The position numbers and the translations under genes were made by a program. The notes under the pieces were generated by a model. The model was given only the letters and a program-made list of their open reading frames with translations, was not told the origin of the DNA and did no database searches. Below, one piece after another: positions 1 through 9,145 of a DNA stretch of 64,000 nucleotides. Each line of letters starts with the position of its first letter. Position 1 is the first letter of the stretch. This stretch comes from Desulfosudaceae bacterium. GTDB taxonomy: Bacteria > Desulfobacterota > Desulfobacteria > Desulfobacterales > Desulfosudaceae. Location: NCBI GenBank assembly GCA_963674745.2, contig CAXXDV010000003.1, positions 256,001-320,000 of the forward strand. The letters are read 5' to 3'.

Positions 1-249
1 GCCGACAGTCAGCAAGAAGGACTGGCTGAAAAAATCAACATTAATACGGCATCGGCTGATGCCCTGATGCAACTGAGCGGCGTGGGGCGCGCATACGCCA
101 ACCGGATTGTTGAATATCGAGAAACGCAGGGATTGTTTTCTCATATTGAAGAAATAAAGAATGTTAAAGGTATCGGTGACAGGATTTTTGAAAAAAATAA
201 AGATCGTATCACTGTGGAAATCAAAACAAGCAAGAAGACTGATCAATGA
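1..249 (+). CDS. comEA: ComEA-family helix-hairpin-helix DNA-binding protein (5' end outside window)
   Basis: Frame open from base 1: KININTASADALMQLSGVG...ANRIVEYRE..G.F..IEEIKNVKGIG, the ComEA HhH signature. Confidence 0.88.
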   Translation, partial: ADSQQEGLAEKININTASADALMQLSGVGRAYANRIVEYRETQGLFSHIEEIKNVKGIGDRIFEKNKDRITVEIKTSKKTDQ

Positions 250-415
250 GGCAGATGATGTAGCATCAGTCGCTGTTTTGTTCGCCCTCGGCAATGTGCG
301 GTATGGCACTGCGGCATGTACCGCGACCATGCCGCACATTTGTTTTTGACGGCTTCGTAAAAAAAATAATGGAGCCGTCAAACGGCCGTTCGCCCGTTTA
401 TGGAAAACAGAGTCA

Positions 416-2344
416 ATGAAGCGCTTGTATTTTACCAGAAACAGCGTGGTTGTCATTCTGACCGACTTTCTTCTGGTCGGCCTGGCCTTTTATCTGTCTT
501 TTCTTCTGCGTTTTGATTTTCAGATTCCCCGGCACCATGCCGAGGCGCTGTGGGATGTCTTCCCGCTGGTCCTGCTGATCAAGCCGGTAATTTTTTATTA
601 TTTTGATTTTTACCGGGGTATGTGGCGATATACCAGTCTTTCCGATCTGTTGAACATCTTTAAAGCAACGATTTTCAGCAGTCTGATTATCGTGGGCGCC
701 ATATTGTTTCTCAATCGGTTCGAAAATATACCCCGGTCGGTGTTTCTGATTGACTGGCTGCTGACAGGCCTTTTTGTGTCCGGTTTCCGGATCATGATCC
801 GCTTATATTTTGAATACAGCACCGGCGCCAGGCTGACCGATATTTTCAGGATATTGCTGACCGCTGTTTTTCAACGCGGCAAGGCCGGTGAGACAAAGAA
901 ATTGTTAATTGTCGGCGCCGGCAATTGCGGCGAAAAAATTCTTCGTGAAGTCCAGTCCGATTCGCGGCTGGGCTATCATGTGATGGGCTTTCTGGACGAT
1001 AACCCCGCCAAGATCGGCATGAAAATCCATGGCGTAACCGTCCTTAACAGCGTCGCCTTCTTAAAAAATATCGTCGCCAGGGAAAACGTCGCCGAAGTCA
1101 TCATTGCTGTCCCCTCGGCAACTTCCGGCCAGATGCGGCAAATCGTCCAGTATTGTGAAGACAGTGGCGTGAAGTACAGAACCGTGCCGGGGTATGCGGA
1201 ACTGGTCAACGGCAGAATCTCGATTTCAGCGGTTCGTGAGGTCGCCTACCAGGATCTGCTGGGCCGGGAGGCGGTTACCCTGGACATCGATCAGATCGGT
1301 GCCTATTTGAGGGGGCAGAATGTTATTATTACCGGTGCGGGCGGTTCCATCGGTTCCGAACTCAGCCGCCAGGTCTGCCGTTTTAATCCCGCCCTGGTGA
1401 TCCTGTTTGAACGGGCGGAAACGTCCCTGTATGAAATTGATCTTGAATTGCGTGATGTCTTCAGGGCCTCGGACATCGACCTGGTAGCGGTGTTAGGAGA
1501 CATCCAGGACCGGCGTCAGCTTGATGCCGTATTTGAAAAATACGCACCCGGCGTGGTTTTTCACGCGGCCGCCTACAAACATGTGCCCATTCTCGAAGCC
1601 CACCCCTGGAAGGCGGTCAAGAATAATATCTGCGGCACGCAGAATCTGGTGGAAATATCGCTTGCGCACCATGTTGAACGTTTTGTTTTTGTGTCCACCG
1701 ACAAGGCGGTCCGTCCCGCCAACGTGATGGGTGCTTCCAAGCGGATTGCCGAGATCCTTTTGCAAAGTCAGGACCACGGCAGTGATGCCGGCACACAGTT
1801 TAAAATCGTCCGTTTCGGCAATGTCATCGGCAGCGCCGGCAGCGTTATCCCTTTGTTTAAAAAACAGATTGCCAGGGGTGGTCCGGTGACGGTGACCCAT
1901 CCGGAAGTGACCCGTTATTTCATGACCATTCCCGAAGCCTGCCAGCTGATACTACAGGCCGGCGCCATTGACAGCCAGCAGGGCAGTAAAACCGAAGTGT
2001 ATATCCTCAAGATGGGCACACCGGTTAAAATTGTAGACATGGCACGTGACCTGATTCGGCTTTCCGGTTTCAAACCTGAAGAGGATATAAAGATTGAGTT
2101 TACGGGCCTGCGTCCCGGTGAAAAGCTATACGAAGAGCTGATGACCGCGGAAGAAGGCCTGGTTCCGACATCGCATACAAAAATTCTGGTGTTAAACGGT
2201 CATGAATCCGACCTGACCGTTTTGAATGAAAAGATTGTCCAGTTGATGAGATCGGCCGAAAACCAGGACGATGAGAAAATCAGGGCCGTTTTAAAAGAAA
2301 TTGTTCCCGAATTTCAACCCGGAGAAAATAATGAGAAACACTGA
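416..2344 (+). CDS. Membrane-anchored UDP-sugar 4,6-dehydratase (PglF/CapD/WbpM family)
   Basis: N-terminal TM helices, ITGAGGSIGSEL, FHAAAYKHVP, STDKAV.P.NVMGASK, VRFGNV.GS.GSV, GLRPGEKLYEEL. Confidence 0.93.
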   Translation: MKRLYFTRNSVVVILTDFLLVGLAFYLSFLLRFDFQIPRHHAEALWDVFPLVLLIKPVIFYYFDFYRGMWRYTSLSDLLNIFKATIFSSLIIVGAILFLNRFENIPRSVFLIDWLLTGLFVSGFRIMIRLYFEYSTGARLTDIFRILLTAVFQRGKAGETKKLLIVGAGNCGEKILREVQSDSRLGYHVMGFLDDNPAKIGMKIHGVTVLNSVAFLKNIVARENVAEVIIAVPSATSGQMRQIVQYCEDSGVKYRTVPGYAELVNGRISISAVREVAYQDLLGREAVTLDIDQIGAYLRGQNVIITGAGGSIGSELSRQVCRFNPALVILFERAETSLYEIDLELRDVFRASDIDLVAVLGDIQDRRQLDAVFEKYAPGVVFHAAAYKHVPILEAHPWKAVKNNICGTQNLVEISLAHHVERFVFVSTDKAVRPANVMGASKRIAEILLQSQDHGSDAGTQFKIVRFGNVIGSAGSVIPLFKKQIARGGPVTVTHPEVTRYFMTIPEACQLILQAGAIDSQQGSKTEVYILKMGTPVKIVDMARDLIRLSGFKPEEDIKIEFTGLRPGEKLYEELMTAEEGLVPTSHTKILVLNGHESDLTVLNEKIVQLMRSAENQDDEKIRAVLKEIVPEFQPGENNEKH

Positions 2345-4046
2345 TGCTGCGCCTGTCGGCGAATCGCTTCTGGTCAACCTTCTGGTTGATGACCATAAAA
2401 GCACGTCTTTAAAAGAACAGGCACTCGGATTTCAGGAGATTATCGTAAACAACAGGCAGTTGTGTGATCTTGACCTGATGGCCACCGGTGTATTTACGCC
2501 TTTATCCGGATTTATGACCCGTGCCGATTACGAAAGTGTGCTCGAGGGGATGCGTCTGGTTGATGGCCGGCTTTTCCCTATCCCTGTCTGCCTTGATGTT
2601 TCTGCGAAGCAGGCGGAGTCTTTTGACATCGGGCAGCCGGTGGCCTTGAGAGACCAGGAGGGGCTGCTGCTGGCGGTTATGACAGTTGAAGATGTATGGC
2701 ACGTGGATCGTAAACGGGAAGCAAAGGCGGTTTACGGTACAACGGACACAAATCACCCGGGAGTGCACTACCTGATGTCCGTATGTAAGGACTGTTACAT
2801 CGGCGGTCGGCTGGAAGTGGTTCAGTTGCCGATTCATTTCGATTCCCGGCAATTAAGGCGAACGCCTCTGGAGATCAGGCAGTTATACAAAAAACTGGGC
2901 TGGCAGCGGATTGTCGGCTTTCATACCCGGCAACCCATTCACCGCCCCCAGTTTGAAATGACCATGCGGGCTATGAGAAGCGCCAGGGCCAACCTGCTTT
3001 GCCTGCCGAGTGTGGGGATGACCGATCCGGGTGATTTTGATCATTATATCCGGGTCAGGTGTTACAAGCGGGTGGCCGACTATTATCCGCTGGATGCTTT
3101 TGTGCTGAACCTGCTCCCCATGGCCATGCGAATGGCCGGGCCAAGGGAAGCACTGCTGCATATGATCATTGCCGCCAATTTCGGGTGTACGGATTTTATC
3201 ATCGGCCCGGATCATGCCAGCCCTGAAAAAAAGGAGAATGGCGGTGTGTTTTATGGGGCCGGACTGGCAGTTGAAACAGCCACCGCTTATTCCGCTGAGG
3301 TGGGGGTTCATGTCATTCCTTTTAATGAAATTGTGTATCTGCCGTTTGAAGACGACTATCTGCCCGTTGACGAGGTGCCCGAAGGCAGTCAGTGTATTTC
3401 CCTGTCCGGTGCAATGATTAAAAAACGGTTGGGAACAGGCAAGAAGATCCCTGAATGGGCGACGTTTCCGGAAGTGCTGGAAGAACTGGAACGGGCCTAT
3501 CCCCCGCCTGCCAAGCAGGGATTTACCGTTTTTCTGACCGGTCTGTCAGGCGCCGGTAAATCAACTGTCGCCAAAATTCTGTACGCCCGCTTTCTTGAAA
3601 TCGGTACCCGGCCCGTGACCCTTTTGGACGGTGATATCGTAAGGCATAATCTGTCCAGTGAGTTGAATTTTTCAAGAGAACACAGGGATATCAACGTCAA
3701 ACGAATCGGCTTTGTGGCCGGTGAAATAACCAAGAATCGGGGTATAGCCATTTGCGCACCCATTGCCCCTTATACCGTCACCCGAAACGAAGTGCGACAG
3801 GTCATCGAGGCCTATGGCGGTTTTATCGAAGTATATATTTCAACACCTATCGCGGAATGTGAAAAGCGGGATCGAAAAGGCATGTACGCCAAGGCCCGGG
3901 CCGGATTGATTACAGGGTTTACGGGTATCGACGATCCTTATCAGGTACCGGAGACACCGGACATTGCGATTGATACCACCAACCTGACACCGGATGAGGC
4001 GGTCCAGGAGATTTTGGTTTTACTCGGTGAGAGGGGCTATATTTAG
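2331..4046 (+). CDS. cysC: Bifunctional sulfate adenylyltransferase / adenylylsulfate kinase (Sat-CysC fusion)
   Basis: Sat-like N-terminal domain (PLSGFM, MRMAGPREALLH) and APS kinase domain (TGLSGAGKST, LLDGD, RDRKGMY, FTGIDDPY). ATG 2331 has a GGAGA SD and overlaps the upstream gene. Confidence 0.9.
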   Translation: MRNTDAAPVGESLLVNLLVDDHKSTSLKEQALGFQEIIVNNRQLCDLDLMATGVFTPLSGFMTRADYESVLEGMRLVDGRLFPIPVCLDVSAKQAESFDIGQPVALRDQEGLLLAVMTVEDVWHVDRKREAKAVYGTTDTNHPGVHYLMSVCKDCYIGGRLEVVQLPIHFDSRQLRRTPLEIRQLYKKLGWQRIVGFHTRQPIHRPQFEMTMRAMRSARANLLCLPSVGMTDPGDFDHYIRVRCYKRVADYYPLDAFVLNLLPMAMRMAGPREALLHMIIAANFGCTDFIIGPDHASPEKKENGGVFYGAGLAVETATAYSAEVGVHVIPFNEIVYLPFEDDYLPVDEVPEGSQCISLSGAMIKKRLGTGKKIPEWATFPEVLEELERAYPPPAKQGFTVFLTGLSGAGKSTVAKILYARFLEIGTRPVTLLDGDIVRHNLSSELNFSREHRDINVKRIGFVAGEITKNRGIAICAPIAPYTVTRNEVRQVIEAYGGFIEVYISTPIAECEKRDRKGMYAKARAGLITGFTGIDDPYQVPETPDIAIDTTNLTPDEAVQEILVLLGERGYI

Positions 4047-4049
4047 TAT

Positions 4050-4170
4050 GGGTTCGGGGTTCGGGGTTCGGGGTTCGAGGTTTGGGGCGCCGGTTTCAGG
4101 GCTTTAAAACATGGTTTTAAAGTTTTAGGGTTTTAAGTGTTATGTGATTAAGTGGTTAAGTGGTTATGTG
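4050..4170. repeat. G/T-rich arm: GGGTTCG heptamers, then GGTTTTAA/GTGATTAA-type octamer array
   Basis: Tandem units read directly; inverted partner at 4424-4487. Confidence 0.9.
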
Positions 4171-4198
4171 ACTCCCGGATGAGACCGGCAATGCGTTG

Positions 4199-4326
4199 CG
4201 GGCTGTTGAAAAACGCCATGATCAACTAAAAGAGAAATGTCTGCTGTTCAAAAGCCCTTGCTATTATTGACTTTAGCAAAGCTTGACTTATCGACTCTGC
4301 GCTATTCGGGGTTTTTCAACAGCCCG
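4199..4326. mobile_element. 128-bp MITE with 16-bp perfect terminal inverted repeats and 9-bp target-site duplication
   Basis: CGGGCTGTTGAAAAAC (4199-4214) / GTTTTTCAACAGCCCG (4311-4326), flanked by AATGCGTTG at 4190-4198 and 4327-4335. Confidence 0.85.
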
Positions 4327-4423
4327 AATGCGTTGCGAGTGTCCGAAGGACAAGAGCTAACAGAGAAAAGTATATTGTAAGGGCTCAAGGGGAAAAAAAT
4401 GAGTGATTAAGGAATTTAACCCC

Positions 4424-4487
4424 TTAATCACTTAATCACATAAACACTTAACCACATAAAACCCTAAAACTTTAAAACCTTAAAACC
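4424..4487. repeat. C/A-rich octamer arm, inverted copy of 4113-4170
   Basis: TTAATCAC/TTAAAACC units; contains the exact reverse complement of GGTTTTAAAGTTTTAGGGTTTTA at 4457-4479. Confidence 0.9.
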
Positions 4488-4512
4488 TGGAAGACGGCCG
4501 GGTGTGCGCCGC

Positions 4513-5880
4513 TTATTTCGGCGATAAGTTAATCGTCAAACCGTCCCGGGTGGGTGTAAAAACCGGGGTCAGGGCTTGACTGGTTCTCAAATCCGCGACA
4601 ATTCTCAGTTTATCCGCATGTTGTCCGAGTCTTACGCGGCTGATATAACCGGTGGCCACCTTTTTCTCCAGAAACGGCGGCTTTTCCCATTCGCCCGGTA
4701 AATCAATGACCAGCCTGGGCGGGCTTGAAAGCGGAAAAGATTTATATTCCCCAACAGGGCCGTTTGCCATGATCTTTACCTGAAGCGAATCGCCGGTTTT
4801 TCTAAAATCAATATCAGACAGTTTATGCACCATGTTCGGGTCAGCCACGATGGTGGCCGCTGCCGGTGGTTTTGGGGCAGGCGGTGCGGCCGGTGTCGGT
4901 TTTGGAGGAGTTGGCTTTACGGGCTGTGCCTGTGTCGTTACAGGTTCGGCGGGTTGAGCTGGAGCAGTAGTGGTTGAGGTCGGCGGGATCTCTCTGGCCG
5001 CGGGTTCCGGAGATGGTTTCGTTTTAACCACAAGTTTTGGCCGGGACGTGGGCACAGGGCTGGTCGTCGGTGTCGGTATGGACCTGGACGCGGGAGCCGG
5101 TTTGGCTGCAGGTTTTGGCCTGGCTGTGGGTTTGGGCTCGACCGCAGGCGCAGGCGTGGAGACTGTTGCGATGGGTTGGCCCGAATCTTTAGAGGATGCC
5201 ATTCGGGGTTCGCCGGGTTGTTTCTGCAGGAGCAACACGATCACAACCACCAGTGCCACCAGAACCAGCGACAGCACGACAACCATGCCGATTAAAGGTC
5301 CTTTTTTGCCGGCTTTTTTCTTTTTGGCCGGTTTCATTTTGCTTTTTTTGGGGGCCGGCTCTTCTTCCTCCTCGTCCTCCTCTTCCTGGTCCTCCTCCTC
5401 TTCTTCCTCAAGCTCGGAGAAATCAGCCAGGTCTTCAATCTCCGGAACCGCTATTTTCTTTTTCGGCGTTTCTTTTTTAACGGGTTGCGGGGCTTCTTCT
5501 TCCACTTCCTCCATTTCTAATTCCACTTCGAGTTCTTCAGGGTCTTCTGTTACCGCTTCTGTATCATCCCCGTCTAACTCGAGTTCAAAGTCATTCGGAG
5601 AACTGTTGCTTTCTTTTGGCGGGTCTTTATATTCTGCGGCAGGCGTTTCGCCGGATTCCTCAGAAATAAACGTATAATCGTCATCCTCATCGTTGCCCTC
5701 CATACCGGGAGGCGACAATGAAATGGTTTCTTCATCTTCAGGTGCCTGCCGGACGATGGTGCGTTCTGTCAATTCGAGAATTTCCCAATCATCATCCATG
5801 GACATCATCTCGCTCAGTTCTTCAGTCGCTTCCGGCTTGCCTTTTTTGGAATCCTGATCGGGCTTCTTTTTTTTTGCCAT
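4513..5880 (-). CDS. Single-pass membrane protein: acidic N-terminus, Pro-rich linker, C-terminal AMIN domain
   Basis: F.LSSPPRLVIDLPG...ISRVRLGQH.DKLRIVADL AMIN pattern; TM LIGMVVVLSLVLVALVVVIVLLL; ATG 5880 with GGGGAG SD. Confidence 0.8.
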   Translation of the reverse strand: MAKKKKPDQDSKKGKPEATEELSEMMSMDDDWEILELTERTIVRQAPEDEETISLSPPGMEGNDEDDDYTFISEESGETPAAEYKDPPKESNSSPNDFELELDGDDTEAVTEDPEELEVELEMEEVEEEAPQPVKKETPKKKIAVPEIEDLADFSELEEEEEEDQEEEDEEEEEPAPKKSKMKPAKKKKAGKKGPLIGMVVVLSLVLVALVVVIVLLLQKQPGEPRMASSKDSGQPIATVSTPAPAVEPKPTARPKPAAKPAPASRSIPTPTTSPVPTSRPKLVVKTKPSPEPAAREIPPTSTTTAPAQPAEPVTTQAQPVKPTPPKPTPAAPPAPKPPAAATIVADPNMVHKLSDIDFRKTGDSLQVKIMANGPVGEYKSFPLSSPPRLVIDLPGEWEKPPFLEKKVATGYISRVRLGQHADKLRIVADLRTSQALTPVFTPTRDGLTINLSPK

Positions 5881-6106
5881 ATTCTCCCCCATGGCGGAAA
5901 GGTTAGAATCTTGGTAATTAATTAAATATATCTTGTTTGACATAAAAAGTCTAATAATTTTCGTCAATGTATGCCCACGGTGGTCGTTTCGGTTTAAAAA
6001 GTCGCGCCAGGAAAAGCGGCAGAATATGTATTTACTTGATTTTTAAGGCACAAGACGGAAAGATGAACATTTTTTAATGTAACCAGGTGGTTGACCTGTT
6101 TCTGTG

Positions 6107-6295
6107 TTAAGTAGCAGAATGCGGGTTAAAACAGGAGATACTTTCGGCCAGAACGGTGCGGACTTTATCGAGCATAAGACACTTTTCAAAGCAGGCCGGG
6201 AACTCGTTTTTTCTCTCACAATCCCGGCATGGGCTTTTAACAAAATAGCCGACTTCAAAATCAAACTTCGATCTGTTTGCTGTTATTTCATACAT
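6107..6295 (-). CDS. Small Cys-rich hypothetical protein
   Basis: 62 aa with SPCRDC...CFEKC; protein-like composition, downstream of glpC on the same strand. Confidence 0.55.
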   Translation of the reverse strand: MYEITANRSKFDFEVGYFVKSPCRDCERKNEFPACFEKCLMLDKVRTVLAESISCFNPHSAT

Positions 6296-6375
6296 AGTTA
6301 ATATTTATCACAGGATTTTCTAAAAGTAAAATTACTATAATTGGATCCTTTCCAATTCCCTTGACCCCTCAACCC

Positions 6376-7581
6376 CTATTCGTTATTCATGGCCTCGGCC
6401 AGTACCGAGACCGGGTGCTTGACCGGATACCGGGTGTTGGCTTCAATCTGCCATTTGCAGGTTTCACAATCGGTGATGACAATGTCGGGATTGACCTGGT
6501 TGATCTGATCAAAAAGATGTTGCCCGATCTGTTGGCCGATATCGTGAAATTCTTTTTTAAAACCGTAGGTGCCGGCGATACCGCAGCATTCTGAATGCAG
6601 CACGACCAGGTTCAGGCCGGGAATGGCTTTTAATACCGCTATGGTATGGATCATTCCACCGGTCCGATCCAAATGACAGGGCGAATGATAGGCCGCCGTC
6701 AGGTTGACCGGTTGCATGGGCGGCAGGTTGTTGTTTTTAATTTCCCGGTGCAGAAACTTGGTGATGAATTCCAGCCGGTCGTCAATGGCGCCGGTATCCA
6801 TGGACAACAGGTGGGGATAGTCCTGCTTGACGGTCAGGACACATGAGGAAGACGAAAAAACGATTTTCATGTCTGAATCATCGCTGACGGCGCGGCGCAG
6901 GCTGGTAATGTTGAAAGCCGCATTTTTTCTGACTTGCGTAAAATTGCCGGCAGCAATCAGCGGTACGCCGCAGCACTTCTGGGGTGGCGTTAGCACACCG
7001 ATGCCCATGGCATTGAGCACGGCAATAACGCTTTTTCCCAGGGCATGGTCATAATAATTGACATAACAGCCGTGGAAATATACCACTTTCCGGGGAAATG
7101 CCTGTTGTTCCTGATGACGTGTTGTGTTGCCGGCCGTGAATGTGCCCCGGTCGAATTCGGGCATGGAGGCTTTATCGCTGATCCCCATGAACAGACTCAA
7201 CAAAAATTTGGTCACCTTCAGTTTGATAAGCGGGTTGACCATCAGGGAAAAGGTTGCTGCCAGCCGGCCGGTGATGTCCGTGCGGGTCAGAAAAAAATCC
7301 CGCAGGCGGTGCTTTTTTTTCAGGCGGATGTTCCTGGCCCGGTAGATAAAATCGGTTATCCGGACGCCCGAGGGGCAGACGGTTTCACACCGTTTGCAGT
7401 TGTTACAGTAAGACAGCGACTGGTCAATCAGAAACGGTGATTTAATGCGCATCCGTTCCGCGTCCGGGCCGGAATACTTGGGGCCGGGATAAAGGTCCGT
7501 GGCTCTGGCAACCGGGCAATAAGCCGTGCATATGGTGCACTTGATGCAGCAGTCAAAGCTGGTATTGTCGAGGTTGATCAT
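6376..7581 (-). CDS. glpC: Anaerobic glycerol-3-phosphate dehydrogenase subunit C
   Basis: CIKCTICTAYCP, CNNCKRCETVCPSG, two CCG domains, DCETCKWQIE; coupled to glpB. Confidence 0.95.
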   Translation of the reverse strand: MINLDNTSFDCCIKCTICTAYCPVARATDLYPGPKYSGPDAERMRIKSPFLIDQSLSYCNNCKRCETVCPSGVRITDFIYRARNIRLKKKHRLRDFFLTRTDITGRLAATFSLMVNPLIKLKVTKFLLSLFMGISDKASMPEFDRGTFTAGNTTRHQEQQAFPRKVVYFHGCYVNYYDHALGKSVIAVLNAMGIGVLTPPQKCCGVPLIAAGNFTQVRKNAAFNITSLRRAVSDDSDMKIVFSSSSCVLTVKQDYPHLLSMDTGAIDDRLEFITKFLHREIKNNNLPPMQPVNLTAAYHSPCHLDRTGGMIHTIAVLKAIPGLNLVVLHSECCGIAGTYGFKKEFHDIGQQIGQHLFDQINQVNPDIVITDCETCKWQIEANTRYPVKHPVSVLAEAMNNE

Positions 7582-8915
7582 GACCCGTCCCTGTCCTCCG
7601 GATGTGTCTTGTCACGCACATGGGCGGCGATCTGTTTGGCCGCTTTGTAGCCGGTGGTAATGGCCACGCCCCCGCCGCTGCCCTCACTGACCGGGTTGTA
7701 GCCCGAAAGTACCGCACCGGCACAGTAAAGATTGGTGACGGTCCGGCCGGAAGCGGTTTCGGGGCTCAAGTTGCCGTCGGTCTTCACGCCGGCCCGGAGA
7801 AAGTCGTGACTTTTGGGGGAAAAAAATGTCTCTGCGGACAGGGCCGTACAGTCGGGGGGGATATCCAGCCGGCAGTCAAACACCGGTTCGGTCATGCGGC
7901 CGTAGCGGCTGGCCAGCCCTTTTGAAAAAAAACTGCCGCTGGCCAGAACATAACAGGCGGCCCTGATATCGTCCTCCTGGTTTTGGGTATGGACAGAAAC
8001 GACCCGGTCATTTTCAACAATTCCGCTTTCGATGGTTTCACTGGCGATAAAGATTCCCCCCTGGGCGGTGAAGCGGGATTTGAGGGCGTTGTCCAGTCGC
8101 ATGCCCAGGATGGACGGCGGCAGTGTGGGGATTTCGTAAATCAGCCGGTCGGTTGCCCGGCGCAGTTCATCCACTATTTCCGGGTAGCGGTTTAAACCGA
8201 GAAAGGCCGGTAACGCAATGATATCGGATTTTCCGGCTGCTACGGCAATGGCCCGGGCCACATCCTGCAGGTCTGCCGCGGCATCCAGGATCCGGGCCAC
8301 GTCAACAGACCGCATATCCGCGGTACCGTAGGCGGCTGTTTTTTGACCGGGCAGTTCGATCTCGGCACAGGTGACGGGGCAATGGGAAAAAAGTTTGTGC
8401 CTGTTCAGGTTGGCCGCCGCCAGGACAGGATGAAAATCCCGGAAGCCCTTAATGTTCAAAATGGCGATGCACGGCTTTTTTTCAAACACGGTTTTGATTT
8501 CCCGGGTGAACACGCTGGCCGGGGAAAAGAAGGTCGGTTTCAGGGTGCCGACGGCGGTAACGTGAAAATGGTTATCGCGACTGTTGGAATGCAGCCGGAA
8601 TCCCTGTGTATCGGTTTCCCGCTGAAAGAAATCCATGGCTTCGACAACGTCGTCCAGGCCGCATTTGGTGTAAGGGTGTTCGGGATTGGCTTTGGTGAAA
8701 TCCGGCAGGGCCTCAATGGGAGAGAATACCACTTCCCGGCCCGGGTGATGACCCAGCAGGTCAATCGATCCGGATGAGAAATGGAGCGCGCTCATGCCCG
8801 AAGAGATGACGGCGCAGGAAAGCCCTTCGGCCAGGCACTTCAGTCCGCAGGTCAGTCCCGCCAGCCCCCCGCCGATGATGACGCAGTCGTAGTCATTCTC
8901 GTAAGCGATATTCAT
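7578..8915 (-). CDS. glpB: Anaerobic glycerol-3-phosphate dehydrogenase subunit B
   Basis: IIGGGLAGL, SALHFSSGSIDLL, EIPTLPPSILGMRL, LASGSFFSKGL, EGSGGGVA. Confidence 0.95.
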   Translation of the reverse strand: MNIAYENDYDCVIIGGGLAGLTCGLKCLAEGLSCAVISSGMSALHFSSGSIDLLGHHPGREVVFSPIEALPDFTKANPEHPYTKCGLDDVVEAMDFFQRETDTQGFRLHSNSRDNHFHVTAVGTLKPTFFSPASVFTREIKTVFEKKPCIAILNIKGFRDFHPVLAAANLNRHKLFSHCPVTCAEIELPGQKTAAYGTADMRSVDVARILDAAADLQDVARAIAVAAGKSDIIALPAFLGLNRYPEIVDELRRATDRLIYEIPTLPPSILGMRLDNALKSRFTAQGGIFIASETIESGIVENDRVVSVHTQNQEDDIRAACYVLASGSFFSKGLASRYGRMTEPVFDCRLDIPPDCTALSAETFFSPKSHDFLRAGVKTDGNLSPETASGRTVTNLYCAGAVLSGYNPVSEGSGGGVAITTGYKAAKQIAAHVRDKTHPEDRDGS

Positions 8916-8965
8916 AGTCTATATGTTAAGCCACAGTAAGTGTTAAGATTGTCGTTAAAGGCAAA

Positions 8966-9137
8966 GGGGTTTAAATTTTAAGGTTTTTATCGCTAATGCT
9001 GTAGGGGCGGCCCCCTGTGGCCGCCCGGAAAAAGGGCACCCACAGGGGGGTGCCCCTACAACATCAGCGGGCTGCGTCGAAAAATATAAAACATTCGTGT
9101 TAATACCCTAAAACCCTAAAACTTTAAAACCTAAAAC
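8966..9137. repeat. Inverted octamer arms enclosing a GTAG-type REP doublet (9001-9059)
   Basis: GTAGGGGCGGCCCCCTGTGGCCGCCC...GGGCACCCACAGGGGGGTGCCCCTAC; right arm carries the 23-mer at 9109-9131. Confidence 0.85.
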
Positions 9138-9145
9138 GAGAAATT

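Noticed and set aside
4970..5677. 235-aa Ser/Gly-rich ORF on the plus strand
   Set aside because: Antisense shadow of the low-complexity AMIN protein.
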